DNA from: Octopus vulgaris
Taxonomy: Eukaryota
Length of the DNA stretch: 64,000 nt
NCBI GenBank assembly: GCA_951406725.2
Contig: OX597819.1
Coordinates: forward strand, 72,602,001-72,666,000
Reading direction: 5' to 3'
Shown: piece by piece, positions 49,545 to 61,279 of the stretch
How the letters are laid out: each line of letters opens with the position of its first letter
Numbering within the stretch: position 1 is the first letter of the stretch
Notes under the pieces: generated by a model
What the model saw: the letters and a program-made list of their open reading frames with translations, nothing else
Databases searched by the model: none
Told to the model about the DNA's origin: nothing
Translations under genes and position numbers: made by a program

Positions 49545-50065
49545 AGGTGCAGAACTGGCTGTATGGTTAAGAAGTTCACTTCCCTACCACAAAGTTTGGG
49601 GTTCGGTCCCACTGTATGTTACCTCAGGCAAATATAGCCCCAGGCCAACCAAAGCCTTGTGAGTGGATTTGATAGACAGAAACTAAAAGAAGCTCGTTGA
49701 GTATATGTGTGTGTTTATTTATATATTCTTTTACATGTTTCAGTCATTTGACTGCGGCCATGCTGGGGCATCGCCTTGAAGACGTTTTAGTCAAATGAGT
49801 CGAGCCAGTGCTTATTTTTTTAATGTCTGATACTTATTCTATTAGTCTCTTTTGCCGAACAGCTAAGTTATGAGGAAGTGAATACACCAATGCTGGTTGT
49901 CAAACAATGGTGGGGGACAGACACACCATTTACGACAGGCTTTGTTCAGTTTCCGTCTATCAAGTCTACTTACAAGGCCATGGTAGAAGACATTTCATCA
50001 AGGTGCCAGGCATTTGGACTGAATCCAGAACCATGTGGTTGGGAAGCAAGCATCTTACCACACAG
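49545..50065. mobile_element. two SINE family B copies in opposite orientation (49545-49700 plus; 49730-50065 minus)
   Basis: B head/core, then B tail-to-head in reverse. Confidence 0.8.
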
Positions 50066-50191
50066 GTGTGTGTGTAAAAAGGTTGAATTAGATTCGTCCT
50101 ATAATTTGGAGGATTCCAAAACGCTTACTAATATAGATTCTTCATATTTTGATGCTAGCTTATTGGCGTGAAATTGCGAATAGGAAAACAG

Positions 50192-50653
50192 TACTTGTAC
50201 ATGGTGTGTTATGTGAATTTATGGAATGAAATCCCATAAATCTCAACAATTTTGATAAAAATGGGGAAGAGAAGATGTCAGAATATATATGAAAATTTTA
50301 ATTCATGCAGTCGATCGTATCGTACAGCGATATAAAAATCATGCAAATTCATGGTTGGATAGAATTAATTAAATTAATTATATACCACTGTAGTCTTTAG
50401 TGTAAGAAGTATAAACAAAATTTCTACAAAGGACTTAAGAAAGGAAAAAGCAGAATAGAATCTCGGAGATTCCTATTTATCCTTTTGAGAAAGAAAGATA
50501 TGTGTGAGTCCAGTTAGGTATTAACTAAACGATCGCCTGCATGAATTAAAATTCCCTGATGTATTTTAACATCTTCTCTTCTCCACTTTTATCAAAATTG
50601 TTGAGTTTTATGGGATTTCTTTCCATAAATTTACAACACACCATATACAAGTA
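50192..50653. mobile_element. MITE with long (about 125-bp) imperfect TIRs
   Basis: tacttgtacatggtgtgtt...aaatcccataaa.ctcaacaattttgataaaa...ttaattcatgcag..gatcgt mirrored at ~50529-50653. Confidence 0.8.
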
Positions 50654-51715
50654 TATATATATGATGCTGTTGACTTTCTAACTTCTGAAATGTCTAAAAT
50701 TCTGAAACAAACATTCAAACAAACAAACTGTATGAAAGCAGGAGCACAAAAAAAAGCACCTGTGCTACTACCATGTAAAAAGCACCCAGTCCACACTCTG
50801 TAGAGTGGTTGGCATTAGGAAGGGCATCCAGCCAAGACAATTGGAGCCAGTTGCAGCTTTCCAGATAGCCAGCTCCTGTAAAAGCATCCAACCCATGCTA
50901 GCATGGAAAACAGATGTTAAACGATGGTGATGGTGACCTTACAATGATGATGGCAGCCAATCTTTCCATCAAACCAAGGCAACCAGTTTTCATTGTCTTC
51001 TCGAATTGTTGATGATATCAGTCAGTTACAACACCTGACAAACTTAGTACTGCATTCCTTGTGATCATTTAACATCCATTTTGCAGGCTGGCTTCGGTTG
51101 GAGTGATCATCTGGAGCAAGCAAGCCAGGCGATTGCAGGAAGTTCCAATGTCTGCTGTGGCATTGATTCTATGGTTAGATGTTCTTCCTAATGCTGAACC
51201 ACTTCAAAGAGTGTATTGAGTCCTCTTTACGTGGTACCGGCACTAATGAGTTCACCAAGTAATTTGCAAGACAAGATCCCTCAAATGACTGGGGATGGGG
51301 TATTGAGGGAGGTGGACATAAGCCAGATGTTGACAGATTAAAGTAGGACAAGCGAGACAGAAACAGGTGTCATGCTATAAAAGAGAAACATCAATTCCCC
51401 CCTCCCAGGTGGAAGAGGGGGCGGAGGGAGATGAAGGTGTGACAGGATATACGGATTATTATAAATCGATATTATTATTAATTATAACAAAAACTAAACA
51501 AGTCCAAAACATGCTGAATTCATTTTACTGCAACTATGCTTTGAGAAAGTCACGACCATCACGTCCCTATAAAATTAAATTTTGATGTCTTCCTGGCAAA
51601 AGAAAATAACTTTGTAGAAAGGGAGATAAGTGAATTGAACCAAACAATATATATACCCAGTAGTAAATAAACCTAGCTAAAATATGTAGAGTGTGTGTGT
51701 GTATATATATATATA

Positions 51716-51961
51716 TAGGGTTAGCCAAAAGTCACCTGACAGTAAATCAAGAAAACCTTTTAATTCCAAGATTAAAACAATGAAATTTATATATAAGACT
51801 TTGCTAATAAATGGATAAATGTTGAAAAAAGGAGAAAAACAGTGATTTTAACTTATGGCATTCAATTATTAAACATTCATAATTGGAATGACTAAATAAA
51901 ATTGAATATTAAGTATTTAAGGGATTCTGATTTACTGTCAGGTGACTTTTGGCCAACCCTG
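51716..51961. mobile_element. Tc1/mariner-type MITE in (TA)n
   Basis: (c>t)AGGGTTaGCCAAAAGTCACCTGACAGTAAATCA ... TGATTTACTGTCAGGTGACTTTTGGCCAACCCTG|TA. Confidence 0.85.
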
Positions 51962-52097
51962 TATATACATTAGTAGTGGTATATTTTTGTTTAACCCAGA
52001 ACATGACTAAAATATGTGGGGTATATATACTTCCATAGTAATATTTTGTTGAACAATAAACATTGCTAAAATATGGATGATGATGATGTATATATAG

Positions 52098-52440
52098 GGA
52101 GAGTTTACGAAAAAAACAAAATATGAAGACAGGTGGTGTACAAAACAAACAGATGTATTAGTATAACGCTCAGGAATAGAAAAAGTCTTTCACGTTTCGA
52201 GCCTATGCTCTTCTACAGAAAGGGACACAGAAAAAACAAGAAGAGAAAAAACTATATATATATATATATATATATAGTTGAAATTTACAGAAAACCAAAA
52301 GACGAAGACAGGTGTATAAGCAACAAGCAGGTATAATAGTTTGATGCTCGGGAAGGTGAGAAAGTCTTTTACGTTTCAAGGCTATGCCCTTCAACAGAAA
52401 GGTATAAGAAAAAACAAATAGAGAGAGAATAAAAAACTTT
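52098..52440 (-). mobile_element. tandem ~180-bp duplication with hammerhead-like motif in each unit (Penelope pseudo-LTR-like)
   Basis: units share gaagacaggtg...aaagtcttt.acgtttc.ag.ctatgc.cttc.acagaaagg; motifs at 52187-52222 and 52366-52401. Confidence 0.6.
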
Positions 52441-52744
52441 AGAGATAGCAATCAATCATGGTGACTGGCTGGACAAAGGTAGTTAGACAGGAGAGCTAGG
52501 AAGAAGGGGAGATAATATATAAAGGGGGGATGGTACAAAATTAGTAACCAACGTAAAATGAGTAATTTCTGATTTTTTGTTATTTTCTCTGTTTGAAATC
52601 ATAAGATTGCAAGGATTGCATCATCTTTGGGAATAAAAATTGGTCAGCAGAGTTCTTGTTGCAGTTGAAAGAGTTTGGAACATAGCCAAGTGACAGATAT
52701 TTTTTTCCAAGAAACTTTTCCTTAACTTTCACCGAATTAGGTAT

Positions 52745-53096
52745 GGGGTAAAGATCATTTGCCAACATAATATGGCAGTCTTGGTTTAGGACGAATGTTG
52801 CTGCAATTTAGCCCTAGGAGACATCATCACCAGCTGGCTATACGACACAATCTGTGTCCTTATATTTTCAAACAAGGGAATCTAGCACCCCCCACTCAGC
52901 TCAAAACAATATCTGTGTATTGCGATTTACAGATATTGTTTTGAGCTGAGTTGGGGTGCTAGATTCCCTTGTTTGAAAATATAAGAACACAGATTGTGTC
53001 ACGTAGCCAGCTGGTGACGTCTCCTAGGGCTAAATTACAGCAACATTCGTCCTAAACCAGGACTGCCATATTATGTTGGCAAATAATCTTTACTCC
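52745..53096. repeat. long near-perfect palindrome (about 170-bp arms, 12-nt loop 52917-52928)
   Basis: tttgccaacataatatggcagtc...cagctcaaaacaatatctgt | acagatattgttttgagctg...gactgccatattatgttggcaaa. Confidence 0.95.
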
Positions 53097-53149
53097 AAAG
53101 TACTGTTGCAGAATATCTCTCATTGTGAGATTTACAAATAGTAATTTCC

Positions 53150-55220
53150 CAATTAGGTATGTTTAGTCAAGGGAGTAGCAGAAAAGAAGTTTGCCAATGT
53201 TCTTATTTCTTTATTGCTCACAAGGGGCTAAACATAGAGGGGAAAAACAAAGGGATTAAGTCAATTACATCGACCCCAGTGCATAATTGGTACTTAATTT
53301 ATCAACCCTGAAAGGACGAAAGGCAAAGTCGACCTTAGCGGAATTTGAACTCAGAACCTAAAGACAGACGAAACACATGCTAAGCATTTCATCCGGCATG
53401 CTAACAATTCTGCCAGCTCGTTTGCCAATGTTCTGTGATGTGAGGACCAGATACTTGACGTTTTACAGACTGCAAGATAGTGTGTGAGAGAAAATCATGG
53501 TGCCATAGGAGAGAAATATGTCCACATGGATGATGGTTCACTTGTATCTAATGATTCTACAAAGAAAGACTCTTGGAAATGCCATTATGAAAGACTGCTA
53601 AATGAAGAAAATGAATGGGAGAAAGAGAGTGCCAAATGTTGACCTGAGGGACCAGCTATTCAAATTGATAGTATCTTGGTAGATAAAGCAATTAAGGATA
53701 TGAAGACAGGGAAAGCCCCTGGCCTATCAGGAATCACTGCTGAGATGCTTAAAATAACTGGTGGTGTAGGTTATGGACTAGTCACCCTTAACCAGGTGTT
53801 GCACAAAAGAGTCATACCCAATGACTGACATAGCAGCACCATAGTCAACTACTACAAAGGTAAAGGTGATGCCTCAGATAGAAATAATTACAGAGATATC
53901 AAATTGTTGGATCAGGTGATGGAAGTCACCGAGTGGGGGTTCTAAGCCCAACTAATTAGGGAGAAAGTTAGCGTAGATGAGATGCAGTTTGGTTTTGTGC
54001 CAGGGAGAAGAGTTAACCTAGCAAAAACTAAAGTCTTAGTAAGTAGGAAAGCAGACAAATCACAAATCCCTTCAGGTAGATGGCCCTGCTCAACCTGTAG
54101 GTAGATTTTCCATATGATGTACCTGGTGTAAGCTATGGACACATAATAGGTGCAGCAATATCACAGGAAGGTTAACAGGGAAAATAGTTCTTGAGTGTGG
54201 GAGATGCACAGGTACAATCAACACTAAAAATGTACAGAAAATAGATTTCATCAAATGCCAGGGGTAAAAAACTTCAAGTAGTTCATAGCGTCTGTTATCT
54301 AGGTGACCAAGTCAGTAGCAGGAGTGGATGCTCTGAGAGAATAGCTGATAGAGGAATAGGTTGTGCAAACTTCAGAGTTCCTACCTCTGTTGGTAATAAA
54401 GGGCTCCTCCCTCAGAGGGAAAGGCAGATTGTATGATGCCTGTGTGCGAACAGCTGTGAAACATGGGCTGTGACTTGCAAGGACATGCATAGGCTTGTAA
54501 TAAATGAAGCTAGTATGCTTCGCTGAATGTGTAATGTCAGTGTTGTAAGAGAAAAGCTGGGCATAAGAGGCAATAGATGTGGTGTGCAAGATGAGGACAG
54601 CTGTATGAAGAAGTGCCACACTCTAACTGTGGAGGCAACTTGTGTAAGAGGTAAACCCAGGAAGACATGGGACAAGGTGGTGAAGCATGATCTTCAAATG
54701 TTGGGCCTCATGGAGGTGATGACCAGTGACCGGAACATTTGGCAATATACCATGCTTGCTTGAGAAGACCCATCAAGTAGAATCATAGCTGTGGTCGTCA
54801 TTGTTGGTGTCACAGAACCGGCACCCATGACAATGGCATGTAAAAAGCACCATTCAAGCATTGGGCAATGTCTCCAATGCTGGTGTCATGTAACTAGCAC
54901 CCATGCCTGTGGCACAAAAAGTACCTTCCAAATGCTGGGCTTTATGGAAAAAATGACAAACGACATGCTTGAGAAGACCTATCAAGCCAAATGAAATAGT
55001 TGTGGAAGATATTGGTGTCATGCAAACCGACACCAGTGCTAGTGGCACATGAAAGCACCCACTACACTCTTGGAATGGTTGGCATTAGGAAGTGCATCCA
55101 GCTGTAGAAAACCATGCCAAATCAGACTAGAGCCTGGTGCAGCCCCTCAACTTACCAGCCCTGGTCAAACTGTCCAGCCCATGCCAGCATAGACAACAGA
55201 CATTAAACGATGATGATGAT
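53150..55220 (+). mobile_element. decayed RTE-clade LINE with internal deletion; 3' UTR equals family A
   Basis: AIKDMKTGKAPGLSGITAEMLK, YKGKGDASDRNNYRDIKLLDQVM, DEMQFGFVPGR joined directly to RVNLAKTKVL, Cys-rich WPCSTC..C..CKLWTHNRC, CYLGD, RGKPRKTWDKVVKHDL; (GAT)n tail at ~55209-55220; many stops and frameshifts. Confidence 0.9.
53204..53419 (-). mobile_element. SINE family C nested in the RTE, 15-bp TSD
   Basis: gtttgccaatgttct at 53189-53203 and 53420-53434. Confidence 0.92.
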
Positions 55221-55820
55221 GAATATTCTTTTCTCTGTTGGAGTCCAATCAATTTTTTCCCTCAATTTCATAATTTTCAATTTTCAAAAAATGTCTAAAG
55301 TGGTGCAAAATGAGCTAATTTCAATAATTTTTTTTTTCTTTAACTGTTGGGTACATAAATATATGATGAAGAGAGCCATTCCAGCAGATCATAAAGAAGC
55401 TATAGAGAATATTTTATGTTGATTTAATCAAGTTTTGTTATTTTCATATCGTGAGCTATTTCTCCCTGATCCTTTCATTTTACCTTGGTATTTTGAATTT
55501 TTTATGCATTTCTGATCTTTCTGATATCTAAGCGTGGATATTGATGCATATGAAGCGGTTTTCACATGCAATTCTGAAGAATTGAAGAGGCAAATTCACT
55601 TTATCTCAGCTGACTTGTTTTGTGTTTTATATTTTCAAAGAGAATTGTAATAATTTTCTCAAATAGTGTTCCGATTATGTTATAATGTTTTTTATGCATT
55701 TGAAGAAGGTCATTTGTTGTTAGAGTTTTTTTAAGGATGTAAACATTTATAAAAAATATTGTTTTTCTGAACGTCAAAAATGCAGTAAATACTCTTCATT
55801 GTGCCTTACTTCCTATATAA

Positions 55821-55866
<46 letters not shown>

Positions 55867-57154
55867 TGTTGTGTTTTAACACACTCACTGGTAAAATTTC
55901 CACTTATTTCTTTTATATTTTTCTAAAATTTCCGTTGCGTCTTACAACGTTTTCAATTATAAAGCACTAAAAGAGAATGACTCTCCCCAGACACAACAGA
56001 ATATGCTTCAACACACGAACTCACATGAAGATTCTTGCAAACCAAATCCCAAAACGATATATATATAATACCCCCTCTAGTAATATATATTTTGTTTAAA
56101 CATAATTAAAATATGTAGGGTATACATACGCCTCTAGTAATATATATTTTGTTTATAACACAAAAATATGTTTGGTGTGAAAGATACCATATCTTGACAG
56201 GAAACATCGGACGTAGATAGTTTACTTCATGCTTCAACAATTCTAGGATTGAAAAAACATCTTCACGAGTAGCAGAAGTAATGAATTCAAAAAAGGTCGA
56301 AGTTGTTGTAGGAAAACTGGTGTATAATCTTAGGGGCTCCTACCAAGTCAGTTGCCAGATATATAAAAGATGAAGTAAATAGCCAAATTCATTCTAGTAA
56401 ATTCTATTCTTATCTCTTTAAAAGAAATCCAAATGTTTTTAGTAAAATACTTTGTATAACTTACCTGCAAGTAGTCGTTGCAATTTTCTAAACACATTTT
56501 GTTTTAACTTCAAAACATTATCAGTATACAGACTTGTCATAATCTTGTTTCTGGTGGAAATAGAAGCCAATTCACTGACCAGACCACGTTTTTAGTGATT
56601 TTTTTTCATCCCAAGCAAAGAAAATTTGCTAGAAATTCTTTAAACTAGTGAAATTAGCAAAGATTAAGAGAAGGGGGAATAACTCTCATAAAACGGAAAG
56701 AGACGAATTATCTTTCTTAGAAGATATTATTACTGCTGCTGCTTTTACTGCTGCTGCTTGCAGGGAGGGTATATAAAAAATAATAATAATAATGATGAAA
56801 TTATTGTATACAGTGCTCAGGTGCACCACAAGCACCATATAAAATAACCTGTTTCAAGTCTGAACCACTCAGCGATAAAACCATTAGTAAATAGAAAAGT
56901 GATGAGTTTCTTTTGTCGTCACATTATTGAATCTCTGTTAAAGCATCCTACCCCTTCAGTTACGTTGTTTATGAGAAAGGCATGAATGTCACAACATTCA
57001 AGATTACTTGTCGATGTTTGAAGCCTTGTACCTAGACAACCCTGTTGTAGATGGTAGTTTAGTTTCTAGGCTCAGTGGTCGTCTCTAGTCATTTAGTTTT
57101 TAAGACAATCCTAAAAACGGTGTCAGGGGACTTCAAACCCTTTCAGTTATGTAC

Positions 57155-57550
57155 AGCGAGTTGGCAGAATGGTTTGCACGCCGGAGGAAATGCGTAGCAG
57201 CATTTCGTCCGTACGTCCTGAGTTCAAATTCCACCGAGATCGACTGTACCTATCATCCTTTCAGGATCGATGAAATAAGTACCAGTTGAACACTGGGGTG
57301 GGGGGTGGGGGTAGATTTAATCGATTTCCCTCACTTTCCAAAATTCTAGGCATCGTATCAATAGTCGAAAGCATTGAGTTCAGGGTTGGGGTGACGAACC
57401 AGCAGAACCATCAATGTGTCGCGCAAAATGCTTTGCGACATTTCCTCATCATATTCTGAGTTCAAATTCCACTGAAGTCAACTTTGCTTTTCATCCTTCC
57501 AAGGTCAATCAACCGAGCACTGGTGCTGAGGGGTTGATGTAATCGATTGA
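57155..57550 (+). mobile_element. two tandem SINE family C copies
   Basis: ctgagttcaaattccac.ga..tc.act twice, each after a ggcagaa/agcagaa head. Confidence 0.75.
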
Positions 57551-57830
57551 TGTATGGTATTGGGGATTTCAAACCCTTTTTTATGGTATATTAGATATAA
57601 ATATCATTTTATAAAACTCTCATCCTCTGCCTTCTGAACAGCAGACTGCTAACAAGGCAAAGCATGAAATTTTCTCTATAAAAAACAAAATGAATTAGTT
57701 TTCTTTTTTTTTCTTGTTGTGGTGGTAAAAATATTGATGATGTCACAAAATGAAAAGCACACCTTCATATACTCAAATAAGAGAGAGGGGAAATCAATCC
57801 CCGATATTTAACTGGTACTTTATACATTGG

Positions 57831-58217
57831 TGTGGAGGCGAAATGGCCCAGTAGTTAGGGCAGCAGACTCACAGTCATGGGTTCGAGGTTTCAATTCCCA
57901 GACTGGGCGTTGTGAGTGTTTATTGATCGAAAACACCTAAAGCTCCACAAGGTTCCAGCAGAGGGGTGGTGGTGAACCCTGCTGTACTCGTTCACCACAA
58001 CTTTCTCTCGCTCTTTCTTCCTGTTTCTGTTGTACCTGTATTTCAAAGGGAGCAGTCTTACCACATTCTGTGTCGTGCTGAATCTCCCCGAGAACTACAT
58101 TAAGGGTAGACGCGTCTGTGGAGTGCTCAGCCACTTGCACGTTAATTTCATGAGCAGGCTGTTCTGTTGATCAGATCAACTGGAATCCCCCTTCGTCATA
58201 ACCGATGGAGTGCCATG
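57831..58217 (+). mobile_element. SINE family D, full length, 9-bp TSD
   Basis: atacattgg at 57822-57830 and 58218-58226; A-box tggcccagtag, B-box ggtttcaattcc. Confidence 0.9.
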
Positions 58218-58689
58218 ATACATTGGCACCAAAGAGTTGGTCTTGGAATGAATTACCTCAAACAACATTTAAGTAGAAACATGGCTGTGTGGTTAAGAAG
58301 TTCGCTTTGTAACCACATGGGTTTGGGTTCAGTCCCAAGTCACAGCGGTGGTAGTGGAAGGGGACAAACTCAGACACAAAGTCTTTTATGAGATTAATTC
58401 CGAAATTGATTCAATATAGAGATAACGAATTTTAAAGATTCTAACGGCTAGCTTGCTCGACTTCAGTTCTTCGATTTTTGTAGCAAGTAGATTATATGTG
58501 GAAATTGACGATTCAATAGTCTGTTATCAGCATAATAATTTTCTTTAGCCCTTACTTATAAGTTGTTTATAATTTTAACCGTAAAGGTATTTTGATATGC
58601 TGCCACATTTCTTGATGGAATTTTTTTCTGTAGAGAAAAAAACTTCATCCTATATTAGTAGTATATATATATGTATGTATATTGGGAAG

Positions 58690-59070
58690 TGAGTATGGCC
58701 CCAGGTTCAGCCCCACTGCATGCCATGATAGACATGTATCTTCTCCTACAGCCCTGGACCAGCCAAAGCCTTGTGTGTGGATTTGGTAGATGGAAATTGA
58801 AAAAAGCCTATCATATAGATACTTGTGTGTGTGTTGGTGTCTTGTTGTCTTGATATCACATGATAGTTGTTATTGTCATGCAAGAAGACTCTTTTTGTTT
58901 CCAATCTTCCACAGAAACTTGTCTGTCCACATGGAAATATTTGGAATCAAATGACCATTGATGACAGGGAAGGGCATCCAGCTGTAGAAAACCTGCTTCA
59001 ATCAATTGCATCTGACCTATATGAGCATGGAAAGTGGACATTAAAAAGATAACAATGATGATGATGATGA
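58690..59070 (+). mobile_element. SINE family B with RTE-type (GAT)n tail
   Basis: B head/core, (TG)n, then gacagggaagggcatccagctgtagaaaa...gcatggaaagtggacattaaa and (GAT)n. Confidence 0.8.
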
Positions 59071-59419
59071 TATCTAAACCTTGCTTTTATTCTGGTGTTG
59101 TAGCACCAGTAACCCATATCTTTGGTTGTTAAGCTCTATAAAACACCATTAAATACTGTTTTATATTGTTCAATTTAATGTTATTTCATGGCCTTCTTCT
59201 TGTAAATACAAGGTAAACCAGTGAGGTGTGGTCTGTGAGTGTCAAAATGACTGCAAATGTTACAATAGTTATAATTTTGATGTTGACATTTAAATCTATG
59301 AATGACATTAAGCATGTGAAATATATTTCACCCTATAGTCTGTTGGCTTATCATTAGTTAGGGGTAATTATTACAAAATGTTTTGTGCTTCTTTTGTAGC
59401 ACTCCGGTTCTTTTGTAGC

Positions 59420-59742
59420 ACAAGGGTTCCAGTTGATCTGATCAGCGGAACAGCCTGCTCATGAAATTAATGTGCAAGTGGCTGAGCACCTTAGGGAGAT
59501 TCAGCATGACACAGAGTGTGACAACGCTGGCCCTTTGAAATACAGGTACAACAGAAACAAGAAGAAAGAGTGAGAGAAAGTTGTGGTGAAAGAGTACAGC
59601 AGGGTTCACCTCCACCACTTGCTGGAGCCTTGTGGAGCTTTAGATGTTTTTGCTCAATAAACACTCACAACACCTGCTTTGGGAATTGAAACCACAATCC
59701 TACAACTGCGAGTCCTAACTACTGGGCCATTGTGCCTCCACT
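59420..59742 (-). mobile_element. SINE family D
   Basis: near copy of 5384-5750 with an internal deletion. Confidence 0.85.
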
Positions 59743-59799
59743 ATGTGCTTCTCTTATATAACAGAATAGCTTAATTTCATGACTGTATTGTGTTGAGCG

Positions 59800-60400
59800 G
59801 AAATTTTGCAATATTTTGGTGACTGTTTGCTTTATTTGTCAAGTACAAGAAAAACAGCCGAACATTCAAAGTAGACGGCCATCATGTTGTACTGTTTGAA
59901 GCTATTTTTCTGCCAGTTCTTTCATCCCACACCAATACCAGTTCTTGTCTTTCAAGGTGAAAAACTCCTTCACTGAAGCTTCCACCTCTTTTTGATCAAT
60001 GAAGCATCATGAGTAATGGGAGTGGGCCATGGATTGCAACAAGTAATAATTCAAAGGAGCTGGGTGTGGCTTCAGTTCAATTCCCTCAAGTTCTTGGAGT
60101 TTATTATGAGTTGTTTGGGCACCATGAGGTCCTACATTGTCTTGCTGCACAAGAGATTCCTTTCAATTTACAAATGTCAGATATTTTTGTTGCATGATGG
60201 CATACACCCACTCCAGCTTTCAGAGTACCGGGTGGTATTGATGTTTTAAACCCCCTGGAACAAATTCATGGGAAATTATCCACTCAACATTCCAGTAGAT
60301 ATAGAGCATCACCTTGCGTTTGAAACGCCCATGTTCAACAACTAGTTCCAGAAGCTGACCCTTACTTAACCCCTGCTTTATGCATGTTAGGGTTCCAGAA
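59800..60400 (-). pseudogene. decayed mariner (DD34D-type) transposase, 3' half
   Basis: minus: RFKRKVMLYIYWNVEWIISHEFVPG, QQDNVGPHGAQTTHNKLQELEGIELKPHP, EVEASVKEFFTLKDKNWY. Confidence 0.8.
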
Positions 60401-60439
60401 AAATATCTCCCTCAGGTTATTATTTGTTTCAATTCATGG

Positions 60440-60670
60440 CTCACTTCCTGCACTCATGATGCTCCATCAACCATGAAGTGGTGGAAGCATCAGTGAAAGA
60501 GTTCTTTGCCTGGAAGGACAAGAGCTGGTATTGGCATAGGATCAAAGAACTGGCAGGAAGCTGGCTTCATAAGGTGCAACACGATGGCCTCTACTTTCAA
60601 TGCTTGGCTTGTTTTTGTTGTAACTTGACAAATAAAGTGAATAAGTTACTAAAATATCACAAAACTTTAT
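60440..60670 (+). pseudogene. second mariner 3'-end fragment of the same family, opposite orientation
   Basis: VEASVKEFFAWKDKSWYWHRIKELAGSWLHKVQHDGLYF plus 3' flank matching the reverse complement of ~59800-59990. Confidence 0.8.
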
Positions 60671-60759
60671 AAAATGCATGCTGTTGTTTAACCCTAGGTC
60701 AATCCTGATAACATAAACCTGTAACCATAGGTGTTCCAGCAGATTTTTTTTTCTAGTAG

Positions 60760-61135
60760 GTGTGTGATTATGTGATTAAGAAGCTTACTATGCAACCAAA
60801 TGGTTTTGGGTTCAATCCCCCAATGCTTGGCTGATTGAGCAAGTGTCCTGGGTTGACCAATGTCTTGTAACTGAATTTGGTACATGGAAACAGTGGAAGA
60901 GCCTATTACATATATATATGCATGTGTGTGTGTGTGTGTCTTTGTGTTTGTCCCCTCAACCACCTGACAACCAGCACCGGTTTGTTTACATCCCTGTAAC
61001 TTAGCAATTTGGCAAAAGAGACTAATAGAATAAGTACCTGATAAAAAAAGAAAAACAAAGTACTGATACAATGTGTTAGAACAAACTCTTCTTGTGGGCC
61101 CCAGCATGGCCACAGTCCAATGACTGAAACAGGAA
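60760..61135 (+). mobile_element. SINE family B
   Basis: head, (TA)(TG) centre, tail ccagcatggccacagtccaatgactgaaac. Confidence 0.8.
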
Positions 61136-61279
61136 GATTAAAGATATGATTATGATAGTACATGCAGGACTTCATCATCCAAAGTGATTCAGTGTGACTG
61201 AAAGGAGATTTAGCTGTTATTTCTAACAGCTCAAGTGGTCATGTAGTCTTCTCATTGTCTGATTTTACTAACATTGTCT

